Assembly (NCBI GenBank): GCA_900542085.1
Contig: UQMK01000001.1
Location: forward strand, 31,707-95,706
Direction of reading: 5' to 3'
DNA: 64,000 nucleotides
From: an uncultured Collinsella sp.
GTDB taxonomy: Bacteria; Actinomycetota; Coriobacteriia; Coriobacteriales; Coriobacteriaceae
In this document: positions 8,523-19,735 of the stretch, piece by piece
Position numbering within the stretch: the stretch's first letter is position 1
Layout of the letters: the number at the start of each line of letters is the position of its first letter
Program-made: the position numbers and the translations under genes
The notes under the pieces: model-generated
Told to the model about the DNA's origin: nothing
Seen by the model: the letters and a program-made list of their open reading frames with translations, nothing else
Database searches by the model: none

Positions 8523-9710
8523 ATGTTCAACACCATTATCATTACGGTCAAGACGCTGATGCGCCGGCCGAGCACGTGGGTTTGGGGCGCTCTCTTTCCC
8601 ATCGCGCTTTCCACGATGTTCATGTTTATGTTTGCGAACCTCAGTTCCGACGGCACGGTCGACCCGGTGCCGGTGGCCGTCGTGGCGGATGAGGCCTGGG
8701 ACGCCTCGACCTTTAAGGACGTGGCGACGTCGCTTGCCAAGGAAGGCGACGACCAGCTGCTCGAGATCCACGAGTGCGACGACGCAGCCGACGCGAGCCG
8801 TGCGCTTAAGGCCGGCGAGGTCGCGGGCATCTATACGGTCGACGACGCGGGCACGCCCAAACTCACGTTGCTTTCGAGCTACGACAGCTCGCGTGCCTCA
8901 TCGGTGCTCACCGACCGCAGCATTCTGGAGACGGTGGCAAGCTCGTATACGCAAAACGCCGAGCTCATGTCCCAGATTGCCCAGGACAACCCGGCGGCGC
9001 TCGCCGACCCGGAGGCGGTTGCGCGCGCCCTGTCGCTCGAGGGCGGCACCCGTCGCGTGAGCCTGACGCGCACCACGCCCGATGGCACGGTCATCTACTA
9101 CTACGCGCTCTTTGGTCTGGTGGCGATGATGTCTGCCGAGTTTGCCGCCTTGAGCGTCGTCGATTTGCAGCCCAATCTGTCGGGCCTCGGCGCGCGTCGC
9201 TGCGTGGGCGGTCTTTCCAAGACGGCGTCGCTGGCTGGCATCTTTGTCGGCTCGTGGCTGGTCTCCTTTGCTTCGATGGCGATCGCGATCGGCTACGTGC
9301 GCCTAGTCGTGGGCATCGACTTTGGCGGGCGCGAGGGGCTGTGTTTGGTGGGCGCCGCCGCTTCCGCGCTTGCCGCCACGGGCTTGGGACTCTTTGTGGG
9401 CACGCTGCCCGTTAAGGGCGGCAAGGCGTCCAAGTCGGGCATCCTCACGGGCTTTGCCACCACGTGCGCCCTGTTCGCCGGCCTCTACGGCGAGCCGGCG
9501 ATGGCGCTTGCCGACGACGTCGCCCGCGCCTGCCCGGCCGAGTGCTGGCTCAACCCCGTCAAGCTCATCTGCGACATGTTCAATCGCCTGTATTTCTTTG
9601 AGGACCTGGGCCCCTTTGCCGTTCGCGCCGGCGCACTGGTCCTTATGGCGCTGCTGTTCGTTGCCGCCGCCACGCTGATCTTTGGAAGGAGCCGCTATGA
9701 GCACCTTTAA
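8523..9710 (+). CDS. ABC-2 family transporter permease
   Basis: It is a polytopic membrane protein directly downstream of the ATPase. Confidence 0.7.
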   Translation: MFNTIIITVKTLMRRPSTWVWGALFPIALSTMFMFMFANLSSDGTVDPVPVAVVADEAWDASTFKDVATSLAKEGDDQLLEIHECDDAADASRALKAGEVAGIYTVDDAGTPKLTLLSSYDSSRASSVLTDRSILETVASSYTQNAELMSQIAQDNPAALADPEAVARALSLEGGTRRVSLTRTTPDGTVIYYYALFGLVAMMSAEFAALSVVDLQPNLSGLGARRCVGGLSKTASLAGIFVGSWLVSFASMAIAIGYVRLVVGIDFGGREGLCLVGAAASALAATGLGLFVGTLPVKGGKASKSGILTGFATTCALFAGLYGEPAMALADDVARACPAECWLNPVKLICDMFNRLYFFEDLGPFAVRAGALVLMALLFVAAATLIFGRSRYEHL

Positions 9711-10902
9711 GACTGCGCTTCGCATGGCGCTGGCGCACCCGTTCTATCTGCTTATCTATACGGTGTTCATCTCGCTCATGGGCGTATTCATTGCGGCATC
9801 GGTGAGCTGGAACTCGTCGCAGCTCACCGAGTACAAGCCCTATGATGCCAACGTGATCGTGGTCGACCGCGACGACAGCGACCTTTCGCGTGCGCTTACC
9901 AAGCATCTGGGTTCGCGCTTTGAGCTGGTCACGGGCGTCGACGACGATACGTACGATCTTGCGGACGCGCTCTCCAAGAGCAACAGCGCCAAGGGTAGCG
10001 CCGACTGCGTGTTCTTTATCCCGGAGGGGTTTGAGGGCGACCTCGTTGCAGCCGCTCGCGCGGGGGAGTCCCTGCCCAAGCTCGATGTGACCTACGGTGC
10101 CGGCACCATGGCGGCGGCGCTTTCGTCTGCCGAGGCCTCGCGCTGGGTCTCGCTCGCGGGCGCTGCGGCCGCGCTTGAGCCCACTGCCTCCAACGGTGAC
10201 GTCGCCAAGGCTGCCGATCATGCGGCCGCGGAGCGTGCCAAGGTCGAGATCGAGCAGGTCAAGGTTGACTCGACTGCCGCCGCCACGCTCGAGTCGTACT
10301 TCAACTTTGGCGCGTACGCGATTATATCGTCGGTCATCGTGTCGGTGGGGCTGGTGTTCTCGGGCATGAACGAGCCCGAGCGCGTGCGTCGTATGGATGC
10401 CGGCCCAATCTCCGAGCGCCAGCGTTCGCTTGCCGTGTTTGCGGCCGCCGCCGTACTCACCGTCTGCATCTGGTTTGTGTCGAGCATGATGGGCGTCGTG
10501 GGCTTTGCCGGCGCGGTCGCCGAGGTCGGCGTGGGCCGTGTGTGCCTGGCGCTGGCGGCGACGTTTGCCCTTGCGTGCACGCCTCTGGCCGTTGGCTTTG
10601 CCCTTTCGAGCCTGGGTGCGCGCGAGGAGCTGCTCAACGGCGTGGGCAACCTGCTCGGCATGCTCATGACGTTTTTGGGCGGCGCCTGGATGCCGCTGTC
10701 GCTCATGGGCTCGGCCGTGCAGACCGTTGCGCATTTTGTGCCGACGTTTTGGGTGAACGACGCGATCAGCAAGGCGCTCGCCGCGGACCTGACGTCCGCC
10801 GTGCTGGGGGACATCGCCTGCGACCTGGGCGTCACGGTGCTCTTCGCCGTCGCCATCGCCGCCGCAGGCCTGGCCCTCGCACGCGCCAAAACCCGCGCCT
10901 AG
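9697..10902 (+). CDS. ABC-2 family transporter permease (second permease)
   Basis: It is a polytopic membrane protein. A GGAAGGAG RBS lies before MSTFKTAL. Confidence 0.7.
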   Translation: MSTFKTALRMALAHPFYLLIYTVFISLMGVFIAASVSWNSSQLTEYKPYDANVIVVDRDDSDLSRALTKHLGSRFELVTGVDDDTYDLADALSKSNSAKGSADCVFFIPEGFEGDLVAAARAGESLPKLDVTYGAGTMAAALSSAEASRWVSLAGAAAALEPTASNGDVAKAADHAAAERAKVEIEQVKVDSTAAATLESYFNFGAYAIISSVIVSVGLVFSGMNEPERVRRMDAGPISERQRSLAVFAAAAVLTVCIWFVSSMMGVVGFAGAVAEVGVGRVCLALAATFALACTPLAVGFALSSLGAREELLNGVGNLLGMLMTFLGGAWMPLSLMGSAVQTVAHFVPTFWVNDAISKALAADLTSAVLGDIACDLGVTVLFAVAIAAAGLALARAKTRA

Positions 10903-11340
10903 CCACCTAGTCATCGGGGACGTTCTTAAACGACTAGTCATCGGGGACAGTCTTTGCCGATTCGCCGGCTCGCCGGCCGCGTTGGCAAGGACTGTCCCTA
11001 TCTGCCGGCAGAAAAGGAACGTCCCCAGCTGTTGGGTGGCGAGGCACTCATTTAAGTCTGTCCCCAATGAGTAGCATCGGATTTCACCGTGTTGGGCGAC
11101 ATCGCCTGCGACCTAGGCGTCACGGTGCTCTTTGCCGTGGCCATCGCCGCCGCAGGCCTCGCCCTCGCACGCGCCAAATTCCGCGTCTAGCCACCTAGTC
11201 ATTGGTCATTGGGGACATTCTTAAACGACTGGTCATTCAAGAACGTCCCCAATGACTAGTCGTCATTTAAGAACTCCCCCAATGACTGGTCTGAAATAAA
11301 TCCCCGGCCTCGCTCCAAAATAGTTCGCCAAGGTTTACTA
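10903..11340. repeat. Nest of MITE/REP-like units (TAGTCATYGGGGACRTTCTTAAAYGAC and inverted copies) containing a 103-bp duplicated copy of the permease gene 3' end (11088-11190 ≈ 10800-10902)
   Basis: There are multiple copies in both orientations at 10907-10950, 10995-11020, 11041-11075 and 11191-11290. The duplicated gene tail encodes VLGDIACDLGVTVLFAVAIAAAGLALARAK(F/T)R. Confidence 0.75.
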
Positions 11341-11362
11341 TTACGCTTATAAAGTAGTATGA
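11320..11362 (+). promoter_or_regulatory. AT-rich promoter-like region upstream of MacB-type ABC ATPase (GGTTTACT … TATAAAGTAGTAT)
   Basis: It is the only AT-rich patch in a GC-rich context, and -35-like and -10-like hexamers are present. Confidence 0.3.
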
Positions 11363-11382
11363 GGCTAACAATGGGGGATACC

Positions 11383-12096
<714 letters not shown>

Positions 12097-12104
12097 GCGG
12101 CGCC

Positions 12105-14771
12105 ATGACACCTCTCGCAAAACGTCTCCCGCGCGAGCTGCGCCGCAATATCGGCAAGTATCTGGGCATCTTTTTGCTTATGTGCGGAAGCATCGCCCTT
12201 ACATCGGGCTTTTTGCTCGCAGCGCATTCCATCGGTTGCCTTATCGACGACATGCGCGATGCGTACACGATTGAGGACGGCCGCGTGACCACCTCTTTCG
12301 AGGCCACCAAAGACCAGCTCAAGGCAGCCGAGGGTGCAGCCGGCGACGTCGGCGGCGTCACGCTCTACAAGAACTTCTCCATCGACGCCATCATCAAAAA
12401 GGCGTCCGGCGACGACGGCACCAAGCGCACGCTGCGCACCTATGCGCACCGCACCAAGGTCGATATCGCGTCCTACTGTGAGGGCAAGGAGCCCAAGACG
12501 GACGATGAGGTGGCAATCGACCGTGTCTTCGCCACCAACAACGATCTCGCCGTGGGCGATAAGGTCGAGCTCGAGGGTCGCACCTACACCATCTGCGGCA
12601 TCATGACTCAACCCGATAGCCAGGCGCTGTTCCTCAACAACTCCGACTTTACGGTGAACACCATCACGTACGGCGTGGCCGAGGTCACCGATGCCGGCTT
12701 TGCCGCGCTCGAGGATGCCGGTGGCGCACCCGCCTACACCTACTCCTTCGCCTTTGCCGATCGCGACCTCCCCACCGCGGATCGCATCGACGCCGAGCAA
12801 GATATGGTCGAGGCACTGACCGACGCCGATGCGCGCGTGGATGACCTCATCGACGCCGATTCCAACCAGGGCATTGGCTATGCGCGCGACGACGTAGACG
12901 GCGACTCCATGATGTGGATGACGCTGCTCGACATCATCATCGTGATCATGGCGTTTGTCTTTGTGGTGCTCACTGACGCCACCATCGAGGAGGAGAGCGC
13001 CATCATCGGCACACTGCTCGCCAGCGGCTATCGCCGTCGCGAGATCGTCCTGCACTACCTGGCGCTTCCCGCCATCGTGGGCGTGCTCGCGGCGCTTTTG
13101 GGCACCGCGCTCGGCATTGCGTTCTTTACCGAGCCCATGCGAGGCCTCTATTACGGTTCGTACAGCCTGCCGCCCTTCCAGGTGTACTGGAGCTGGGAGA
13201 TCTTTGTGAAGTGCGCCGTGGTTCCCGCCGCCGCGCTCATCCTCATCACGCTGGTGGGTCTGCTTCGCAAAATGGGCAAGACGCCGTTGCAGTTCCTTCG
13301 TCACGAGGCGAGCGGCAAATCGGGCACCAAGCGCGGCCTGCAGCTGCCGGAGCGCATGGGCTTTGTTTCCCGCTTCCGCTTGCGTATCTTCCTGCGCAAC
13401 CTGGGCAACTTTGCCACGCTCTTCGTGGGCATTGCGTTTGCCTCGCTGCTGCTGCTCTTTGGCCTGGCGATTCTGCCCACGATGACGCACTACGCCGACA
13501 ACCTCGAGACGAGTCTGGTCGCCGAGCACCAGTACACGCTCAAGGCGCCGCTGGAGCTCGAGGGCACTGCCGAGGAGCGCGAGCAGTGGTCGGCACTCGA
13601 GCGCTTGCAGTCGGTTGACGGTGCACTGCTTTCCGCCGCCCAGGATGCCGATGACGAGCTTGACGACGCGGCCGATGCGGCGCAGACGGCAGCCGATGCC
13701 GCGACGGCATCTCCGTCTGCCGAGAGCCTGGCCGCGGCGCAGGACGCGCTCGCCAGGGTCCAGGACAAGAAGGATGCGCTCTACGCGCGCCTTGACGATC
13801 TTGCCGATGCCCTCGGCTGCGACCGTGATGAGGCTATCGACCTGATCGACAAAGCCTCCAAGATTGACAATGACAACGACGATATTCACCCGGTCAATAC
13901 GACCGACAACGGCGCGGGCGCAATCGCGCAAGCCGAGAAATACGCCGTCTACCAGCTGCAATACGACCGCGGCGATGGAAATGGGCAGGAGACGATTTCC
14001 GTCTATGGCATTTCATCCGATTCGCGCTATTGGAAAGACCTCAACGTCGGCGATGGGCGCATCGTCTTTGGCGGCGGTCTGCTCGATAAGTTTGGCTGGA
14101 GCGAGGGTCAGAAGGTCACGCTCGGCGACAAGTACGAGGGCGAGCATTATTCCCTTGAGTACGCGGGCAAGGACTGTGCCTGGGGCTCCAAGTCGGACAT
14201 GAATATCTATATGAGTATCGACGACTTTAACGAGCTGTTCGACAACGACGCCGCCTACTTTAACGGCTATGTGAGCGACGAGAAGCTCGATCTCGATGCT
14301 CGTTACTTTGCCGGCGACACCACGCCCGACGACATGCGCGCCGTGGGCGACCAGTTCATCGGCATGATGAGCAAAATGATCGGCATGATGGTCGGGCTCG
14401 CGGTGTTTATCTTCCTGCTGTTTATGTACCTGCTGACCAAGGCTGTGATCGACCACAGTGCCCGGTCGATCAGCTACATGAAAGTCTTTGGCTATCGCGA
14501 TAGCGAGATCTCGCATCTGTACATCCGCTCGATCACGCTGTGTGTGGTGGCGTCGCTCGTGCTGAGCCTGCCGGTCATTATTGGCTCGCTCACGGCCATC
14601 TTCCGCTCGATGCTGCTCGCCTACAACGGCAATATCGAGATCTACGTGCCCGCTTGGTCCATGGTTGCATGCGTCGGCATTGGCTTTGCGACCTACCTGG
14701 TCGTGGCGCTGCTACACACGCGCTCCATCAAGCGCGTGAGCCTGGCCGAGGCCCTCAAAGTGCAGGAGTAG
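12105..14771 (+). CDS. FtsX-family ABC permease with two large extracytoplasmic domains (MacB/Bce-like, tandem FtsX modules) and an acidic low-complexity insert
   Basis: It lies downstream of a MacB-like ATPase. There are two TM bundles each followed by an extracellular domain. An acidic D/E/A-rich segment sits at aa ~500-560. Confidence 0.8.
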   Translation: MTPLAKRLPRELRRNIGKYLGIFLLMCGSIALTSGFLLAAHSIGCLIDDMRDAYTIEDGRVTTSFEATKDQLKAAEGAAGDVGGVTLYKNFSIDAIIKKASGDDGTKRTLRTYAHRTKVDIASYCEGKEPKTDDEVAIDRVFATNNDLAVGDKVELEGRTYTICGIMTQPDSQALFLNNSDFTVNTITYGVAEVTDAGFAALEDAGGAPAYTYSFAFADRDLPTADRIDAEQDMVEALTDADARVDDLIDADSNQGIGYARDDVDGDSMMWMTLLDIIIVIMAFVFVVLTDATIEEESAIIGTLLASGYRRREIVLHYLALPAIVGVLAALLGTALGIAFFTEPMRGLYYGSYSLPPFQVYWSWEIFVKCAVVPAAALILITLVGLLRKMGKTPLQFLRHEASGKSGTKRGLQLPERMGFVSRFRLRIFLRNLGNFATLFVGIAFASLLLLFGLAILPTMTHYADNLETSLVAEHQYTLKAPLELEGTAEEREQWSALERLQSVDGALLSAAQDADDELDDAADAAQTAADAATASPSAESLAAAQDALARVQDKKDALYARLDDLADALGCDRDEAIDLIDKASKIDNDNDDIHPVNTTDNGAGAIAQAEKYAVYQLQYDRGDGNGQETISVYGISSDSRYWKDLNVGDGRIVFGGGLLDKFGWSEGQKVTLGDKYEGEHYSLEYAGKDCAWGSKSDMNIYMSIDDFNELFDNDAAYFNGYVSDEKLDLDARYFAGDTTPDDMRAVGDQFIGMMSKMIGMMVGLAVFIFLLFMYLLTKAVIDHSARSISYMKVFGYRDSEISHLYIRSITLCVVASLVLSLPVIIGSLTAIFRSMLLAYNGNIEIYVPAWSMVACVGIGFATYLVVALLHTRSIKRVSLAEALKVQE

Positions 14772-14853
14772 TCATCGGGGACGTTTCTAAAAGACTAGTC
14801 GCTGGGGACATTCTTTCGCCGCCCGGCAGGAAAGGGACGTCCCCAACGACTAG
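14769..14853. repeat. MITE/REP-like element of the TAGTCATCGGGGACGTT… family; its first TAG is the stop codon of the permease gene
   Basis: It reads TAGTCATCGGGGACGTTTCTAAAAGACTAGTC…GGGACGTCCCCAACGACTAGG. It is a shorter version of the element at 10907-11035. Confidence 0.7.
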
Positions 14854-14935
14854 GTTTCGCGCTTGACTTTGACCCTACTTCAACGGGTACCATCCTCTAT
14901 GTCTGTAACGCCATATAGACCGAGGGGATATAACT

Positions 14936-16141
14936 ATGACCGCAACTGCACCCGCAGCACCCGCCAAGGTGTACTTCACCAACCTGCGCACGCATGCTCG
15001 CGAGAGCCAGCTCGACAAGCTCAAGCGCCTCATCCGTCATGCCGGTATCGAGCAGATCGACTTTGAGAACAAGTTTGTCGCCATCAAGATTCACTTTGGC
15101 GAGCTGGGCAATCTGAGCTTTCTGCGCCCCAACTACGCCCGCGCCGTCGCGGATGTCGTGAAGGAGCTGGGTGGCAAGCCCTTCCTCACCGACTGCAACA
15201 CGCTCTATGTGGGTAGCCGCAAAAACGCGCTCGAGCACATCGACACCGCCTACCAGAACGGTTTTACCCCGTATGCCACGGGCTGCCAGATCATCATCGC
15301 CGACGGCCTCAAGGGCACCGACGAGGCACTCGTCCCGGTCGAGGGCGGCGAGTACGTGCGCGAGGCCAAGATCGGTCAGGCTCTCATGGACGCCGATATC
15401 GTGATCAGCCTCACCCACTTTAAGGGCCATGAGCAGGCCGGTTTTGGCGGTGCCATGAAGAACCTGGGCATGGGAGGCGGCAGCCGTGCCGGCAAGATGG
15501 AGCAGCATGCCGCCGGCAAGCCGAACGTCGCGACCGAGCACTGTGTTGGCTGCCGTGCCTGCGAAAAGGTCTGTGCGCACAACGCTATCTCGTTTGACGA
15601 CACCCGCGAGCGCGAGCTTGCCAACGGTAACACCCGCACGGTCCACGTGGCCGCCATCGACCACGATCGCTGCGTGGGTTGCGGCCGCTGCATCGGCGTG
15701 TGCAACCAGGACGCCATCAAGCCCGGCTATGACGCCGCGGCCGACGTGCTCAACTGTAAGATTGCCGAGTACACCAAGGCCGTCGTCGACGGCCGCCCGA
15801 GCTTCCATATCTCGCTCGCCATGGATATCAGCCCCAACTGCGATTGCCATCCCGAAAACGACACGCCCATCGTCAACGATATCGGCATGTTCGCGAGCTT
15901 CGACCCGGTCGCCATCGACCAGGCCTGTGCCGATGCCGTCATGGCGTCCGAGCCGCTTCCCAACACCGAGCTCACCGATAGCGCGGTCAAGATGGAGCAT
16001 AACCACGAGCATCTGGAGGGCGAGCAGGCCAAGGACCCCTTCTGCATCACGCATCCCGACACCGACTGGCGCGCGTGCATCGCGCATGCCGAGAAGATCG
16101 GCCTGGGCACGAGCGAGTACGAGCTCATCGAGGTCAAGTAG
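14936..16141 (+). CDS. DUF362 domain protein with embedded 2x[4Fe-4S] ferredoxin domain
   Basis: CVGCRACEKVCAHNAI and CVGCGRCIGVCNQDAI are ferredoxin motifs. The architecture matches DUF362 proteins. Confidence 0.65.
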   Translation: MTATAPAAPAKVYFTNLRTHARESQLDKLKRLIRHAGIEQIDFENKFVAIKIHFGELGNLSFLRPNYARAVADVVKELGGKPFLTDCNTLYVGSRKNALEHIDTAYQNGFTPYATGCQIIIADGLKGTDEALVPVEGGEYVREAKIGQALMDADIVISLTHFKGHEQAGFGGAMKNLGMGGGSRAGKMEQHAAGKPNVATEHCVGCRACEKVCAHNAISFDDTRERELANGNTRTVHVAAIDHDRCVGCGRCIGVCNQDAIKPGYDAAADVLNCKIAEYTKAVVDGRPSFHISLAMDISPNCDCHPENDTPIVNDIGMFASFDPVAIDQACADAVMASEPLPNTELTDSAVKMEHNHEHLEGEQAKDPFCITHPDTDWRACIAHAEKIGLGTSEYELIEVK

Positions 16142-16188
16142 CGCCTTTCTATTGGACAAATCAAGCGCTTTTGTAGCGCAACGTTAGC

Positions 16189-16228
16189 AAAAGCCGCCCG
16201 TGAGCACAGTGTCCACGGGCGGCTTTTC
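16189..16228. terminator. Bidirectional intrinsic terminator between convergent genes
   Basis: AAAAGCCGCCCGTG…CACGGGCGGCTTTT is a perfect inverted repeat flanked by A and T tracts. Confidence 0.75.
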
Positions 16229-16392
16229 GGAAGTATGCGGCAAATTTCGAGATCGCCGAGCACACGACATTTTTTGGCAACAAAACCCCTGATAAATTGT
16301 TGGTAAAACTGCGGTCTGGTCGGCAGTTCCAGATTTTGCCGCATACTTCCGAAAATAGGGGGTCAGATAAAGCCCCAGACGTTGCTTTTTAC

Positions 16393-17358
16393 CTAAAAAT
16401 ACTCGTCGAGGAAATCGTTGACTGTGTTCCAGTAGAGCTCGGGGTCAACTTGCGCACTCTTGGCGTGGGTGGCGCCATGGATGGTGAGCTTTTGCTTGAC
16501 CTTGCTGGCGCACGCGTCGTAGTTTTGGTCGAGCATGTCGTACGGCACAAAGGTGTCCTGGTCGCCGTGGATAAACAGCATGGGAACCGTCGCGTGTTTG
16601 AGTTGCTCCACACTGCTCGCCTTATGAAAGTCGTAGCCCGCGCGCACGTTGCACACCAAGTTTGCTACATCGAGCAAGGGAAAGCTGGGCAGGCCGAACA
16701 CGTCCTTGAGCTGCAGGGAAAACTCGTCCCAAACACTCGTATAACCACAGTCCTCGATAATGCATTTTACGTTTGCGGGTAGAGATTCCCCCGCGACGTT
16801 CATGGCAGTTGCTGCACCCATCGACTCGCCAAAGACCAGGATGCGCGCCTCGGGGTCAGCCTGAACGATCCGCCCAATCCATGCAACGACATCGAGCCGC
16901 TCGGGCCAGCCCATGCCGATATAGTCGCCGCCGGAGCGCTCGTGGGCGCGGGCGGCAGGCGCGAGCACGTTCATGCCGCGGTCGTGGAAGCGCTTGGCGT
17001 ATCGGGCCATGCCGATGGGCTCGTTGGTATATCCATGCAGGCAGACGGCGTAATCGTGGGTGTTCTCCGAGGCGGCAAAATACCAAGCGGCGAGCTCGGT
17101 TCCGTCATCTGCGGTGAGGCTGCTGCTCTTGCGGTTTTCTTTAAACCACGCCCGCGCCTCGGTTTCCTCGGCATCCGGCTGCTCGCCTTCTTTGTCGTTC
17201 TTGCTATCCTGCATCATCTTCATGGTGTACGGCGCTTGGGGATTCAGCGCGAAGTCAAACAGAAAGTTGCCGGCAAATCCGAGCAGCGCAACGACAACCA
17301 CCAGTGCAACGATGCCGGCTATCTTGAGCTTTCGATGGGAACGTGCGTTTTGAGCCAT
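16393..17358 (-). CDS. Alpha/beta hydrolase (S9/BAAT-like), N-terminally membrane anchored
   Basis: It has a nucleophile elbow (GESMG), an N-terminal TM helix, and a downstream Asp/His region (FIHGDQD…HGATH). Confidence 0.75.
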   Translation of the reverse strand: MAQNARSHRKLKIAGIVALVVVVALLGFAGNFLFDFALNPQAPYTMKMMQDSKNDKEGEQPDAEETEARAWFKENRKSSSLTADDGTELAAWYFAASENTHDYAVCLHGYTNEPIGMARYAKRFHDRGMNVLAPAARAHERSGGDYIGMGWPERLDVVAWIGRIVQADPEARILVFGESMGAATAMNVAGESLPANVKCIIEDCGYTSVWDEFSLQLKDVFGLPSFPLLDVANLVCNVRAGYDFHKASSVEQLKHATVPMLFIHGDQDTFVPYDMLDQNYDACASKVKQKLTIHGATHAKSAQVDPELYWNTVNDFLDEYF

Positions 17359-17544
17359 GCGGTATTCTCCTATAAGATGTTAATACATCAACATTTAATG
17401 CAAGCGCATTATGGACGTTCGCCGTTGATGCGTCAACAAGCAAAGAATGGGTAAACAAAGGGTCACATATGGTGCAAATTTCGCACGTACCCAGACGCTT
17501 TGATATAGTGTTGAGAACTCTTTACGTTGGAGGATGTAACCGGC

Positions 17545-18228
17545 ATGTCCGATTCGAGCGACAGTTCTAAGCCGCGACCCAAGACCGCGGCCGTTCCACA
17601 CTACACGGTGGGCGAGGAGATCATGAACTCCGTCACCCATGGTGTCGGCTGCCTGCTGGGTATCGCGGGTCTGGTGCTCCTGATCGTATTCGCCGCCCTG
17701 CGCGGCGGAGGCCCGGCCCACATGGCCGCGGCGATTGTCTATGGCGTCAGCATTATCCTCGAATACCTTGCCTCCACGCTCTACCACGCGATTCAGCCCG
17801 CGCGCGCCAAGCGCGTGTTTCGCATCATCGACCACAGCTGCATCTACCTGCTCATAGCCGGCAGCTATACGCCGTTTTGCCTCATCACGCTCGCAAACGA
17901 TGGCGGTCCTGCGCTGTTCTTTGCCGTATGGGCCATCGCCATTATCGGCATCGCCCTCGAGTGCTTTATGCGTGAGCGTCAACCGCACTGGGTAAGTGGC
18001 CTGGTCTACCTGCTGATGGGCTGGCTCGTTGTCTTTAAGCTGCCCGAGCTCGTGTCGCTGCTCAACCCCGTGGCACTTGCCCTGCTTGCCGTCGGCGGCG
18101 TGTGCTACACCGCGGGCGTGCCGTTCTATATCGCCAAAAACGTGCGCTATCTGCACAGCGTGTTTCACCTGTGGGTGCTCGCCGGCAGCATCTTCCAGTT
18201 CATGGCGGTGATCCTCTTCGTAATCTAG
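17545..18228 (+). CDS. Hemolysin III / PAQR family membrane protein
   Basis: It has 7 TM helices. EEIMNSVTHGVG and the HxxxH patterns are typical of HlyIII. A GGAGGA RBS lies before the ATG at 17545. Confidence 0.85.
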   Translation: MSDSSDSSKPRPKTAAVPHYTVGEEIMNSVTHGVGCLLGIAGLVLLIVFAALRGGGPAHMAAAIVYGVSIILEYLASTLYHAIQPARAKRVFRIIDHSCIYLLIAGSYTPFCLITLANDGGPALFFAVWAIAIIGIALECFMRERQPHWVSGLVYLLMGWLVVFKLPELVSLLNPVALALLAVGGVCYTAGVPFYIAKNVRYLHSVFHLWVLAGSIFQFMAVILFVI

Positions 18229-18337
18229 CGACCATGCCTGCGCGCCCGCGTCCTCGCTTGGGCGCCGGCGCAATTGCCGTATCCGTCATCAACGTTTTAC
18301 CCTGACGCCCGAATCTTGGAGGTTCGAGAAACTCCCG

Positions 18338-19711
18338 ATGGACATAACCATCTCCCTTATCACCACCCTCGTTTTGACCCTCATCAACGGCTACTTCTCT
18401 ATGTCCGAGATGGCGCTCACCACGGCAAAGCGCGCTGTGCTGGAGCACGAGGCCGAGGAAGGCGACAAACGCGCCGAGCGCGCCATTAAGCTGGCCGCCG
18501 ATTCCGACCAGCTGCTCGCCACCATCCAGGTCGCCATCACGCTCGTGGGCTTTGCCTCGTCCGCCGTCGCCTCGACGAGCCTGTCCGACCCGCTTGCCAC
18601 GTGGCTCATGAGCTTTGGCATCGCGCCGCTCTCCGCCATCGCGCGCGGCCTGGCGCCGGTCATCATCACCGTCGCCGTCGCCTTCGTGTCCATCGTGATC
18701 GGCGAGCTCGTGCCCAAGCGCATCGGGCTCGCTAACGCCGAGGGCGTGTCCAAGCAGGTCGTGGGACCGCTCTCCGTGTTCCAAAAGATCGCCCGCCCGC
18801 TCGTGTGGCTGACCGGTGCCTGCTCCGACGGCCTGGCCCGCATCCTGCGCATCAAGAGCGCCGACGACCGCCAAAACGTCTCGGAGGAAGAGATCAAATA
18901 CATGGTCTCGGAGCAGGACGATCTGCTCGACGAGGAAAAGCGCATGATCCACGAGATCTTCGACCTGGGAGACACCGTTGCCCGCGAGGTCATGGTGCCG
19001 CGCGTGGACACCACCATGTGCGAGGACGACGAAACGGTCGCCGACGTGCTGTCCGCCATGCGCCAGACCGGCTTTAGCCGCATCCCCGTCTATCACGAGG
19101 ATCCCGACAACGTCGCCGGCATCGCGCACATCAAGGACCTGATCCAGCCTTCGCTCGACGGCAAGGGCGACCAGCCCATCGCCGACTTTTTGCGCGACGC
19201 CACCTTTGTGCCCGACACCAAGGACATCCTGCCGCTGCTGTCCGAGATGCAGACCTCGCACGACCAGATCGTAGTGGTCGTGGACGAGTACGGTGGCACG
19301 GCCGGCATCATCACCATCGAGGACATCGTCGAGGAGATCGTGGGTGAGATCGAGGACGAGTTCGACCCCGACAACAAGTACCTCACGCGCCTTTCGCGCC
19401 GCGAGTGGCTCGTCGATGGGCGTTTTTCGTGCGATGACGCGATTGAGCTTGGTTGGCCGCTCGAGGAAAGCGATGATTATGAGACCATCGCCGGCTGGAT
19501 TTTGGAGCTTTGCGACTCGGTGCCCGACATCGGAGAGGTGTTTGAGGTTGCGGGGTACAAGTTTAAGGTGCAGTCGATGCGTGGCCAGCGCATCTCGCTC
19601 ATTCGCGTGATCGCTCCGGCCGAAACCGATAAGAAGGATTCCGAGTCCTCGGCAGATAAGCCGGCGGCGTCGGACGCGGGTTCTGCGGACCCGCACGATG
19701 GCGACGAGTAG
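18338..19711 (+). CDS. CNNM/CorC-HlyC family transporter (DUF21 + tandem CBS + CorC_HlyC)
   Basis: It has N-terminal DUF21 TM helices, CBS pair motifs, and a C-terminal CorC domain. Confidence 0.85.
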   Translation: MDITISLITTLVLTLINGYFSMSEMALTTAKRAVLEHEAEEGDKRAERAIKLAADSDQLLATIQVAITLVGFASSAVASTSLSDPLATWLMSFGIAPLSAIARGLAPVIITVAVAFVSIVIGELVPKRIGLANAEGVSKQVVGPLSVFQKIARPLVWLTGACSDGLARILRIKSADDRQNVSEEEIKYMVSEQDDLLDEEKRMIHEIFDLGDTVAREVMVPRVDTTMCEDDETVADVLSAMRQTGFSRIPVYHEDPDNVAGIAHIKDLIQPSLDGKGDQPIADFLRDATFVPDTKDILPLLSEMQTSHDQIVVVVDEYGGTAGIITIEDIVEEIVGEIEDEFDPDNKYLTRLSRREWLVDGRFSCDDAIELGWPLEESDDYETIAGWILELCDSVPDIGEVFEVAGYKFKVQSMRGQRISLIRVIAPAETDKKDSESSADKPAASDAGSADPHDGDE

Positions 19712-19735
19712 GGCGAGGAAGAGTAGGGGAGAGTT

